From: Candidatus Cloacimonadota bacterium
GTDB taxonomy: Bacteria > Cloacimonadota > Cloacimonadia > Cloacimonadales > WRIO01
DNA: 64,000 nt
Assembly (NCBI GenBank): GCA_029564175.1
Contig: JAKQQL010000192.1
Location: 1-64,000, forward strand
Direction: 5' to 3'
The notes below the pieces were generated by a model. That model had not been told where the DNA came from. It was given only the letters and a program-made list of their open reading frames with translations, and did not search any database. A program made the position numbers and the translations under genes. Positions 18,497 to 28,121 of this stretch are shown here, one piece after another; positions within the stretch are counted from its first letter, which is position 1; every line of letters begins with the position of its first letter.

Positions 18497-19342
18497 ATGC
18501 GGGATATTGATTTAAGACAGGTAAAGGAACTGGTTAAGAAAGCTTTTATTGAAGCGAATTATCATCTGAATCATGATGTCAGAGACGCTTTAGATAAAGC
18601 CTGTCTTTCAGAATCAAATCCAAAAGGAAAAGAAGTTCTACAAATTCTGACAGAAAATTATAAAATCGCTGATGAAGGAAATTTCCCCTTATGTCAGGAT
18701 ACCGGAGTGGCTGTTATCTTCTGCGAAATTGGTCAGGATATTCATTTTACCAATGGAGACTTGAATGAGACACTGAACAACGCAGTTGCCGAAGCATACG
18801 ATAGTGGTTTTTTAAGAAAATCGATAGTTGAAAGCCCATTGTATCAGCGTATCAATACAAGAAATAACACACCCGCTATCATTCATTACGAGATTAAAAG
18901 CGGAGATTGTCTTAACATCACCGTCATGCCCAAAGGAGGCGGTTCTGAAAACATGAGCTGTTTAGCGATGTTAAAACCTTCTGATGGAGAGGAAGGTTTA
19001 ATCAACCTGGTAGTCAACCATATCAGACAAATCAAAGGAAACCCCTGTCCACCTATCATTGTTGGTATAGGTATCGGAGGAAACTTTGAGACCTCTGCCC
19101 TATTGGCGAAAAAAAGTCTGATAACAGAAATTGATTCTGTTAACCCAGACCCTATACTGGCTGAACTGGAACAGAAATTAATGAATCTAATCAACGAAAC
19201 AGGTATTGGACCTATGGGGCTTGGCGGTAATACGACCTGCTTAAAAGTATCTATACTGACAAAACCATGTCATATCGCTTCTTTGCCTGTAGCGATCAAT
19301 ATTGAATGTCATGCACATCGCTTCAAAAAAATATCCTTCTGA
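18497..19342 (+). CDS. Class I fumarate hydratase / tartrate dehydratase alpha subunit
   Basis: PLCQDTG, KGGGSEN, NPCPP, GIGPMGLGG and CHIASLPVA motifs. Confidence 0.9.
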   Translation: MRDIDLRQVKELVKKAFIEANYHLNHDVRDALDKACLSESNPKGKEVLQILTENYKIADEGNFPLCQDTGVAVIFCEIGQDIHFTNGDLNETLNNAVAEAYDSGFLRKSIVESPLYQRINTRNNTPAIIHYEIKSGDCLNITVMPKGGGSENMSCLAMLKPSDGEEGLINLVVNHIRQIKGNPCPPIIVGIGIGGNFETSALLAKKSLITEIDSVNPDPILAELEQKLMNLINETGIGPMGLGGNTTCLKVSILTKPCHIASLPVAINIECHAHRFKKISF

Positions 19343-19350
19343 GGCTCATT

Positions 19351-19857
19351 ATGAAAACAATACATATCAATACACCGGTAAATCAAAATCAGCTAAAAGA
19401 CCTGCAAGCAGGTGATAAGGTGCTGATTAGCGGAACGATTTATACAGCGAGAGACGCTGCACATAAAAGAATCATTCATGCACTTGAAAATAACAATCCT
19501 CTGCCTTTTGATCTGACAAACCAGATTATTTACTATTGCGGTCCAACACCTGCAAGAGAAGAATTTCCAATTGGTTCTGCAGGGCCTACCACTTCTACCC
19601 GAATGGATGAATACACGCCCACTCTACTTGATAAAGGTGTTAAATTACTGATTGGTAAAGGAGAAAGATCCGAACAGGTGATAGCGTCTCTTCGAAAAAA
19701 TAATGCTTATTATCTGATAGCGATCGGAGGTGCAGGCGCCTATTATGCCAGCACCATTTTATCGAGCAAGTTAATTGCATGGCCTGATTTAGGCGCAGAA
19801 GCAGTCTATCAGCTGGAAGTAAAAGATTTTATATGTTTTGTCAGCAACCAAATGTAA
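19351..19857 (+). CDS. Class I fumarate hydratase / tartrate dehydratase beta subunit
   Basis: IYTARDAAHKR, GPTTSTRMD, IGKG and DLGAEAV motifs. Start at ATG 19351. Confidence 0.9.
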   Translation: MKTIHINTPVNQNQLKDLQAGDKVLISGTIYTARDAAHKRIIHALENNNPLPFDLTNQIIYYCGPTPAREEFPIGSAGPTTSTRMDEYTPTLLDKGVKLLIGKGERSEQVIASLRKNNAYYLIAIGGAGAYYASTILSSKLIAWPDLGAEAVYQLEVKDFICFVSNQM

Positions 19858-19889
19858 AATGATCACAAGACTCTGAAAATGAGGACTAA

Positions 19890-22031
19890 ATGAATATACA
19901 GGAAAAAGAAGATTTTATCAAAAAAGTATTTGAGCATCTGATTGATTCAGATACATTCAATATAAAAAATGAGTTTTCTTGCCAGCTTATTGAGTTTATG
20001 AGTGTTTTATCTGAGAATAATATCTGGCTTTTAGATAAACACTTTAATTTTACTTATGTCAGCAAAAACATTGAAGAGCTAACCGGCCTAAGTCCTGAAG
20101 AATTTCGTCGTAATGGTGTTAGAAAAAACGTTACTCCGACAGGTTTACAGCTTGTTGTTCAAATCAAACACATCATTCAGAGTGGAGAACTATCCAGTCA
20201 TAATCAGCTTCTGAAAATTGACGTCGAGCAAATTAAAAAAGATAAAGGGCGAGTATGGACAGAAGTTACTTTTCATCCATTTTACAAAGATTTTAAATAT
20301 ATTGGTACAATCGGATTTACCCGTAACATTGAAAGCCGAAAAAAATCAGAAATAGAGCTGGTAAAAAACAGAAACCGCTATCTGACTTTTTTTGAATCCT
20401 CTCCCGTTTGCTTATGGGAATGTGATTTATCTTTGTTAAAAGTCTATCTGAATTCACTACGACCTCTTATCATCGATAATTTTGAAAGCTATATGAAAGA
20501 TAATCCAGAAGAAATACATTACTGTTTCAGTTTAATCACCATACAGGAAGCGAATCATACAACGCTCAGTACCTACATCACTGAAAATCAAAAAGATTTT
20601 TCAAACTGGATTAGTAAACCATGCCAAACTGATTCTGAAGCCTTATCGTTAAACCTGCTTCATGCAATCTATAAAAACAAACTTTCATTTGAAGCGGAAG
20701 GTATTCATTATAAAAAAAACAACGAAGCGATGAATGTTAATTTAAAATGGAATGTTGTACCTGGTTATGAAGATCTCTATAAAAAAGTCATATTTTCTGT
20801 TACTGATATCACTAATCAAAAAAAAGCAGAGCAAGCAATTCTAAAAACCCAGTCAAAACTGAAAAAAATCAATAAAAAACTGAAATCTTCTATAGAAAAC
20901 GAAAAGATGCTTGCTTATGAAGCGACAATAGCAAACAATGCCAAAAACCGCTTTTTATCAACCATGAGCCATGAAATACGCACGCCCATCAATGGGATTC
21001 TGGGTATTGCACAATTACTTCAAACGACCGGTCTTAACCAGGAGCAAAACGAATACGCAGATATAATTCTTAAATCAACCAATCATTTAGTGAATATCGT
21101 TGATAATATCTTTGAATATTCAAAAGTCATAAGCGATCAGATTCAATTATCTTCAGGTATATTCTCTCTTTACGAAACGATATTAAACTGTACAAAATCC
21201 GTTGCTTACTACGCTCATCAGAAAGGTTTAAGACTCTATTTTAAATGGAATTATGCATCTCCTAACATGGTAGAAGGCGATGTAAATCGTATAAGACAAA
21301 TTTTTCTTTATATCTTGGATAATGCTATAAAATTTACTGAAAAAGGTTCAGTTACAATCGTTTTACATCAGGCTGTAAAGCATGAAGACAATACTTATCA
21401 TTTTAACTTCTCCGTTCAGGATACCGGAATCGGTTTTGAAGATAAATATGCTGATAAAATATTTGAACCTTTTTACCAAATTGACAATATGGCACACAGA
21501 AAATATAGCGGAACAGGCTTGGGACTGGCTTTAGTTCAACAATTAATTCATATCAGTCATGGTTCAATAGTCCCCTCAAGCAAACCTGATAAAGGAACCC
21601 AATTCCATATCACGCTTCCTTTCAAAGTTTCCGATAACAGCCCATTGCTTGAGTTAAATCAAAATCTCCAATTAAAAATCCTTGTTTTTGAATATGATGA
21701 TAAACAAATAGAAATAATTGATTCCTTCTTTGACAAATCAAATGTTTCCTGTATCTTTATGAGCCCTGACAGAGTGGAAGATTATTTTGATTTTGCCAAA
21801 GACAATGACAGGAAATTTGATTTTATCATTATCCGATATTCTCAGTCATTTAAAACACTGGATATTTTGAATAATCATAGTCATACAATTTCATTAAAAA
21901 AAATCAAGATCATTCTACTCTACAGAATGTCAGACCAAATCAATATTCAGTTAACAGCAGGATTACCTATCTATGCAAAAGTCAGCCTGCCTATAGATAT
22001 GATGGAGATATACCAACTGATTACATTATAA
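19890..22031 (+). CDS. PAS-domain sensor histidine kinase with degenerate C-terminal receiver-like domain
   Basis: Two PAS-like regions, H-box FLSTMSHEIRTPING, N-box DNAIKFT, G1 DTGIG and G2 GTGLGL. Confidence 0.88.
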   Translation: MNIQEKEDFIKKVFEHLIDSDTFNIKNEFSCQLIEFMSVLSENNIWLLDKHFNFTYVSKNIEELTGLSPEEFRRNGVRKNVTPTGLQLVVQIKHIIQSGELSSHNQLLKIDVEQIKKDKGRVWTEVTFHPFYKDFKYIGTIGFTRNIESRKKSEIELVKNRNRYLTFFESSPVCLWECDLSLLKVYLNSLRPLIIDNFESYMKDNPEEIHYCFSLITIQEANHTTLSTYITENQKDFSNWISKPCQTDSEALSLNLLHAIYKNKLSFEAEGIHYKKNNEAMNVNLKWNVVPGYEDLYKKVIFSVTDITNQKKAEQAILKTQSKLKKINKKLKSSIENEKMLAYEATIANNAKNRFLSTMSHEIRTPINGILGIAQLLQTTGLNQEQNEYADIILKSTNHLVNIVDNIFEYSKVISDQIQLSSGIFSLYETILNCTKSVAYYAHQKGLRLYFKWNYASPNMVEGDVNRIRQIFLYILDNAIKFTEKGSVTIVLHQAVKHEDNTYHFNFSVQDTGIGFEDKYADKIFEPFYQIDNMAHRKYSGTGLGLALVQQLIHISHGSIVPSSKPDKGTQFHITLPFKVSDNSPLLELNQNLQLKILVFEYDDKQIEIIDSFFDKSNVSCIFMSPDRVEDYFDFAKDNDRKFDFIIIRYSQSFKTLDILNNHSHTISLKKIKIILLYRMSDQINIQLTAGLPIYAKVSLPIDMMEIYQLITL

Positions 22032-22042
22032 AAGAGGGATTT

Positions 22043-24610
22043 ATGAAAATAGCAAGTATCATTTTAATTTTATGTATTTTTTTATCGTTATCTGCAGAGA
22101 ACATCAGTATGAATGTCACAGAGTTACTCCAACACCCTGAATTAGACATCGCACTTGATTCCATCAATATGACCCGAAAAGACTTAACATTTAACTTATA
22201 CAAAAACGAAAAAGATGCTTTTAGATTGTCCTATATTGATGATCTGTTTAAAAATCCCCTTCAAAGCTTTAGTCTGGCTGATTCTGTTTCTCATAAACTT
22301 TGGTTTGCTCAAGAGATTGTTAAAAAAGATCTGAATCTGTCAAACCTGTTAGAAACAGCTTTTCAAATGACTGAAATATCATTTCAGACAAACCCGCCTG
22401 AAATACGGATAAACCTAAGCAAAAAACAAAAAAAACAAATTTCAAAACTAAGTAATTGCCACCAGCAAGTTATCCATCAAATTCTATTGATAAAATCGGT
22501 TCAAAATGAATTTTACAAGGCATTTTCTTCTCTTTCTCCGGAAGATATAAAAAATATTAAAGACTATTTTAATAATGAAAATCAGGAATCTGAACCTGTT
22601 AATCATATGGATTTAAAATCATTAAAAGCCTATACTGTCAAATCAAATGAAAAAACAAAACAAATATATCAGTTAATTGAAAAAATACAATTTGAACACA
22701 TTGCTTCCGCTTCTTTAATGCTTCAAAACATTGTTCAAAACATTCACAGTCTCATTCAAAATTCTGAGGATACCGCGTTTAAACAGGATAAAATCGAATT
22801 ACAAACTGATGAGGGTAACATTTTCATCAATCCTCCTCAAATCTGCAACCTGGATAATGCCCTTTTTGTTATTGATTATCAGAGTAACAATATCTACCAA
22901 CAAACAAAGAACAATCCATTTCTGGCGGTATTAGATTATTCAGGTAATGATCGGTATGAAGGAAAAGACTATGCTCAGGGGGGTGTCTTTATGGGATTAC
23001 AATACTTTATAGATTTTTCTGGTGATGATTTCTATACGGCCGCTAGTAATGCTCAGGGTGCAGCATGTCTGGGAGCAGGATTACTGCTTGATTTATCAGG
23101 TAATGATTATTATAATGCAGAAAATCTTGTGCAAGGAGCAGGAAAACTGGGAATTGGCATTCTTTATGATACAGATGGAAACGATCAGTATTATTGTTCA
23201 CTTTACGGACAAGGTTTTGGTTATACCAAAGGTTTTGGGACATTATCAGATTTATCAGGAAATGATACTTATATTGTAAAAAAAAGCCATGTGGACTGGC
23301 TTCGATACGACAGTCATTATGAAAGTTTATCTCAGGGCTGTGGTCTTGGAATCAGGCCTTATTATTCTGGTGGCTGTGGTATTTTAGCTGATCAAAACGG
23401 CAGTGATACTTATATTTCTGATATTTATGGACAGGGTACCGCATACTGGTATGCGTTTGGCGCTTTAGTAGATAAAAAAGGACACGATCAGTACATATCA
23501 CATCAGTATGCTCAGGGTTCTGGTGTTCATCTGGCTTTTGCGGTGTTGATTGACAGTCAGGGTGATGATTTGTATAAATCTCATGGCGTATCTCAGGGTT
23601 GTGGTCATGATTTGGCATTTGGAGGTCTAATGGACATCAAAGGAAATGATAATTATGTCTGTTACGATCTTTCACAGGGTGGTGGAAATGCCAATGCAAT
23701 CAGCTTTTTTATGGATTATTCAGGTAATGATGGATATATTGCCAAAAAAGACAATGTCATGGGATATTCCGATATGAGAAGAAGCTTTGGTTACATAGGC
23801 ATCTTTCTTGACCTTAACGGTGATGATCAGTATGGTTCACCAATTGGCACAAATAACAAAACCTGGATGCACTCTTACTATGGTGTTGGACTGGATAAAC
23901 AAAGTCTGAATAATTCTGAACAGCAAAACATGACTGATCCTCCAGCTGAACAGCCTGATATTGAACTAAATGACAATATTGAAGACCTTTTTCTTTATGC
24001 TTCTGCCCAGGCACAAGCCCTGGCACACATGGTTCAACCTGCCCGTAACAAATTGATTGAGATGGGGGAAAAAAGTATCCCTTATTTACTTAATCAGTTA
24101 AACACTGAATTAATTAGAGAACAACTGGCTTTAACTGAAACTTTACCTAAAATGGGTAAAATTGTCTATCCATACTTTGAAGAAACATTAAAAGATACAA
24201 CAAAAACTTCCTTTGTAATCAGTTTAATTGGATTAAGCAAAGACTCTACCGCTTTTTATCTGATTGAACCTTTTTTAGTTTCAGATAATCCATTTAAATA
24301 TCAGGCAATTAAAGCATCAGGTGAGCTTAGAAATTCAAAAGCGCTTCCCTGTTTGATTCAAAGTCTAAAAGACCCTTCTGTCTCAATCAGACGTGAATCA
24401 TGTATTGCACTCCAAAAAATTTCAGATATTCAAGCTCTACAGAACCTTGTTAACTGTCTAGATGACGAATATCAGGAAGTCAGATACTCTGCAGAAATTG
24501 CAATTAAAAATATAAATCCTCTACCTGTAAAAGATTTAAAAAAAGTATATGCCAGCTGCTCTGATCGTCAAAAAAAACATCTGGACAGATTATTAAAATA
24601 CCAGTTCTAA
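22043..24610 (+). CDS. Secreted protein with 11 Gly/Asp-rich (D-x-x-G-x-D-x-Y) repeats and C-terminal HEAT repeats
   Basis: Signal peptide, repeats such as LDYSGNDRY and IDFSGDDFY, and HEAT-like LKDPSVSIRRE and LDDEYQEVRYSA. Confidence 0.75.
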   Translation: MKIASIILILCIFLSLSAENISMNVTELLQHPELDIALDSINMTRKDLTFNLYKNEKDAFRLSYIDDLFKNPLQSFSLADSVSHKLWFAQEIVKKDLNLSNLLETAFQMTEISFQTNPPEIRINLSKKQKKQISKLSNCHQQVIHQILLIKSVQNEFYKAFSSLSPEDIKNIKDYFNNENQESEPVNHMDLKSLKAYTVKSNEKTKQIYQLIEKIQFEHIASASLMLQNIVQNIHSLIQNSEDTAFKQDKIELQTDEGNIFINPPQICNLDNALFVIDYQSNNIYQQTKNNPFLAVLDYSGNDRYEGKDYAQGGVFMGLQYFIDFSGDDFYTAASNAQGAACLGAGLLLDLSGNDYYNAENLVQGAGKLGIGILYDTDGNDQYYCSLYGQGFGYTKGFGTLSDLSGNDTYIVKKSHVDWLRYDSHYESLSQGCGLGIRPYYSGGCGILADQNGSDTYISDIYGQGTAYWYAFGALVDKKGHDQYISHQYAQGSGVHLAFAVLIDSQGDDLYKSHGVSQGCGHDLAFGGLMDIKGNDNYVCYDLSQGGGNANAISFFMDYSGNDGYIAKKDNVMGYSDMRRSFGYIGIFLDLNGDDQYGSPIGTNNKTWMHSYYGVGLDKQSLNNSEQQNMTDPPAEQPDIELNDNIEDLFLYASAQAQALAHMVQPARNKLIEMGEKSIPYLLNQLNTELIREQLALTETLPKMGKIVYPYFEETLKDTTKTSFVISLIGLSKDSTAFYLIEPFLVSDNPFKYQAIKASGELRNSKALPCLIQSLKDPSVSIRRESCIALQKISDIQALQNLVNCLDDEYQEVRYSAEIAIKNINPLPVKDLKKVYASCSDRQKKHLDRLLKYQF

Positions 24611-24674
24611 AAACTGCTTGCCAAGATTGACTTTATATTTTAGAATGACTCAAAATCAAATAAAAGGAGTAAAT

Positions 24675-26141
24675 ATGTCTATTCAAACTCTCAGCGATAA
24701 CGCAATCATGCGTTTTTATGATATATGTAATATACCACATGGTTCCGGTAATGAAAAAGAAATCGGTCAATGGTTAATTCAGTGGGCTAAAAATCATCAG
24801 TATGATTATCAACAAGACGAAGTGGGAAATGTTATTATACAGGTACCTGGAAAGGGCACTGTAAAAAACCAAAGTCCAATCGTTCTTCAAGGTCATATGG
24901 ATATGGTATGTGTAAAAGATGCTGCTTCTGATCATGATTTTTTAAAAGACCCTATTCAGACTTATATTGAAAATGGCTGGATGAAAGCAAAACATACAAC
25001 TCTTGGTGCTGATAATGGGATAGCCATCGCAATGGCTATGGCTATAGCAGAAGATCAATCCTTAGATCATCCTCCTTTGGAACTCTTGTTTACCGTTGAC
25101 GAAGAGAGAGGACTGACAGGTGCCAATTTCCTGAAACCAGGCACTTTAAAAGGAAAAATCCTTTTAAATCTGGATTCAGAAGAAGAAGGTGAATTTACAA
25201 TTGGCTGTGCAGGAGGTAAAGATACTCATATTGAATTGCCTTTGCATTTTGTTAACTGTAAGGAATGCCGGCATATAGAGATTAATATAAGCGGTTTAAC
25301 CGGCGGACATTCCGGAATGGAAATCAATCAGAACAGAGCGAATGCTATTCAGTTAATGGCTCGGCTCTTAAATCATCTCTTCGCTGTTGAAGCTTTCAGA
25401 CTGGTAGATATCAAAGCCGGATTAGCACACAATGCCATCCCAAGAGATGCCTGTGCAAAAATTTCTGTTAAACCGGAGAGTTTTGATTTGATGATGAAAC
25501 AATTTACAGATTTTGCCAATGTACTCATTAAAGAATTCCAGGAAACTGAAAAAAATATGAGTATTTCATTTGATGAACCTGTTTGCGCTTGCTCTGAAAA
25601 TAACAATCAATGCGACTGTACAGTAATCGACGAACAAGATACCTGTAAAATTATACAATTACTCATGGCTCTCCCCCATGGCGTTGCTTTCTTATCTCCT
25701 TCAAATCCGGAACTGGTTGAAACTTCAAACAATCTTGCAATCGTTAAAATTGAAAATCAGAAACTGCTCATTCTGAACAGCCAGCGCAGTTCTTCAGCTT
25801 CCAGAAATGATTACATCACCCAAAAAATTGAAAGCGTTGCCAGACTGGCAGGTGCAAAAGTTGAATCAGGAAATGGATATCCTTCATGGCAACCAAACTG
25901 GAATTCACCTCTGTTAAAAAAATGCGAAGAAGTCTATGAACGATTAAATCAGGTTAAACCTAAAATCAATGTCATTCACGCTGGACTCGAATGTGGAATT
26001 ATTGGCGCAAAACACGAAGGTATGGATATGATTTCTATGGGACCTAACATCAGAACCCCCCATAGTCCTGAAGAACGTATGGAAATGATTTCTGTTGAAA
26101 AAACAATGCATTTTCTAACTGAATTATTAAAATCATTTTAA
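24675..26141 (+). CDS. pepD: Aminoacyl-histidine dipeptidase (M20C)
   Basis: LQGHMDMV, TTLGADNG, DEERG, LNLDSEE and IHAGLECG motifs. AAGGAG RBS before the ATG at 24675. Confidence 0.92.
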   Translation: MSIQTLSDNAIMRFYDICNIPHGSGNEKEIGQWLIQWAKNHQYDYQQDEVGNVIIQVPGKGTVKNQSPIVLQGHMDMVCVKDAASDHDFLKDPIQTYIENGWMKAKHTTLGADNGIAIAMAMAIAEDQSLDHPPLELLFTVDEERGLTGANFLKPGTLKGKILLNLDSEEEGEFTIGCAGGKDTHIELPLHFVNCKECRHIEINISGLTGGHSGMEINQNRANAIQLMARLLNHLFAVEAFRLVDIKAGLAHNAIPRDACAKISVKPESFDLMMKQFTDFANVLIKEFQETEKNMSISFDEPVCACSENNNQCDCTVIDEQDTCKIIQLLMALPHGVAFLSPSNPELVETSNNLAIVKIENQKLLILNSQRSSSASRNDYITQKIESVARLAGAKVESGNGYPSWQPNWNSPLLKKCEEVYERLNQVKPKINVIHAGLECGIIGAKHEGMDMISMGPNIRTPHSPEERMEMISVEKTMHFLTELLKSF

Positions 26142-26236
26142 TTTGGAACATAATTTCAAAAAATAGTTTTTTATTGAAGACCTGGCTTCCGACAAACACA
26201 CGGTAAGCCAGGATGTTCTACCAGTAAAGGAGACAG

Positions 26237-27790
26237 ATGAATAATAAAAGATTGTTTAAAGAACTGACCATCGCTTCAATGATCAGTTTTGGAATTATTA
26301 GTGCCTTTTTATTATTCAATCCTTTTAAACAAAATCTTGTTGCCAATCAATCTGAAGACCCTGCTGTTGAAAAACTGATTCAAGATATTGATAGTTTAGT
26401 AACCCATTACGAATCTAATCATTATACATTTGGAATCAGAGTAACCTCTACTCAGAATAATGAAACTTTATACAGTAAAAACGAAGATATGCCTTTTGTA
26501 CCCGCTTCAAATCTAAAATTATTCCCATCTGCAGTTGCCCTGGAAACCTTAGGACCCAGTTTTAAATGGAAAACGCAAATTTATGCAGACGGACAAGTTC
26601 TGAACGGTGTTCTAAATGGTGATTTAGTAATTAAAACAGAAGGAGATCCTTCAATCAGTGAAAACTATCTTAACAGTACGATTGATCAACTATTTAAACA
26701 CTGGGCATTAGAAATCAAAAAACAAGGTATTACTGTTGTTAAAGGAAATGTAGTGATGGATCATTCGGCTTTTAATAATACCGTCATTGGTAAAGGCTGG
26801 AAATCTGATTATGAGCAATCTCATTATGCAGCTCCTCCCTCTGCATTTTCAATCAATGAAAATTACGTTACAATCAGAGTAAGTGGTGCCAGAAAAAATG
26901 GCAAATCACCTGTAGTAAGTGTTTATCCATATAATGGCAGTGTAAAAATTATCAATAAAGCAGTAACCGCAAAAGTCAGAAAAAATTCAATATCCGTCAG
27001 AAGAGATGCAAATGAAAATATCATTTATGTTTATGGAAAAATCAGAAAAAACAAAGTAATCCATTCATCAATCAACCTGCCAAAACCTGCAGATTACGCC
27101 TCAGCAATGTTGTTTTCTGCACTGATTAAAAATAAAATAATGATAAAAGGGAAATTAATAACATCAGATTCTCCTTACCCTACAGATAAGCTTCATTCTA
27201 TTTATACCTACGAATCACCTGAATTAAGCCATTTGTTGAAAAGAATAAACAAAAATAGTAATAATTTCATGGCTAACCAGATGTTTTTAACTCTTGGTTA
27301 TAAAATCAAACAAGATGCAAAACAGTCAGAAACTATTGTTAAATCATTTCTTGAAGATAAACAGATCAATACAAGTCAGCTGGTATTAGATGATGGTAGT
27401 GGCCTCTCCCCTCTTGATCAAACAACTCCACGTCAGTTTTCTGATTTATTGCAATATATGAGTCAATCTCCTGTTTTTAATGATTTTTATGATAGCTTTC
27501 CTGTAGCCGGAATTGATGGTACATTAAAAAATGTCATGAAATATGAGCCTTTATATAAAAATGTAAGAGGTAAAACCGGTACAATTAATGAGGTTAAATC
27601 CCTCTGTGGTTATATTCATACCCGTGATAATGAAATGCTGACCTTTACAATACTGGCTAATGATATTAAAGCAAACCGCTATAAGATTTATCAGTTTAAC
27701 AACGAATTCCTAACTATTTTAGGTAACTTTTCACGAAACATGAAATCAAATACAGTCATGGTACAAAGTGATTCTGTTAAGTTTAATTAA
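26237..27790 (+). CDS. dacB: D-alanyl-D-alanine carboxypeptidase/endopeptidase PBP4 (S13)
   Basis: PASNLK (SxxK), SNN, DGSGLS and GKTGT motifs. Confidence 0.92.
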   Translation: MNNKRLFKELTIASMISFGIISAFLLFNPFKQNLVANQSEDPAVEKLIQDIDSLVTHYESNHYTFGIRVTSTQNNETLYSKNEDMPFVPASNLKLFPSAVALETLGPSFKWKTQIYADGQVLNGVLNGDLVIKTEGDPSISENYLNSTIDQLFKHWALEIKKQGITVVKGNVVMDHSAFNNTVIGKGWKSDYEQSHYAAPPSAFSINENYVTIRVSGARKNGKSPVVSVYPYNGSVKIINKAVTAKVRKNSISVRRDANENIIYVYGKIRKNKVIHSSINLPKPADYASAMLFSALIKNKIMIKGKLITSDSPYPTDKLHSIYTYESPELSHLLKRINKNSNNFMANQMFLTLGYKIKQDAKQSETIVKSFLEDKQINTSQLVLDDGSGLSPLDQTTPRQFSDLLQYMSQSPVFNDFYDSFPVAGIDGTLKNVMKYEPLYKNVRGKTGTINEVKSLCGYIHTRDNEMLTFTILANDIKANRYKIYQFNNEFLTILGNFSRNMKSNTVMVQSDSVKFN

Positions 27791-27820
27791 TAATTTTATT
27801 ATGCCTTATTTAAAAAGAAG

Positions 27821-27965
27821 TTATACACATTTCATCCACTTTTGTGAATATTTTTATTTTCTCTTATTTTATTATACTTCAATCAGTTACGGATTCATTC
27901 ATTACAAACGGTCAATTTTATCCACATTGATCAGGTCTTGACAAATATTAACCAAAGATTATTTT
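27821..27965. promoter_or_regulatory. DnaA boxes and probable sigma70 promoter upstream of dnaA
   Basis: TTATACACA 27821-27829, TGTGAATAT 27843-27851 and TTATCCACA 27918-27926. TTGACA at 27938-27943 with TATTTT 16 bp later. Confidence 0.8.
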
Positions 27966-28121
27966 TGATTAAAATTGGGTTTTTATGCTCAATTTGTGTC
28001 AGTTTAACATAGCGTGTCGAAGCAAATTCAGTGTTTTAATCCTGAGTTTGCTGTATCAACCAATCACTATGCAAAGATTTATTTATTTGTATATTTATCA
28101 AAGAATTAAGGGGTTCGATTT

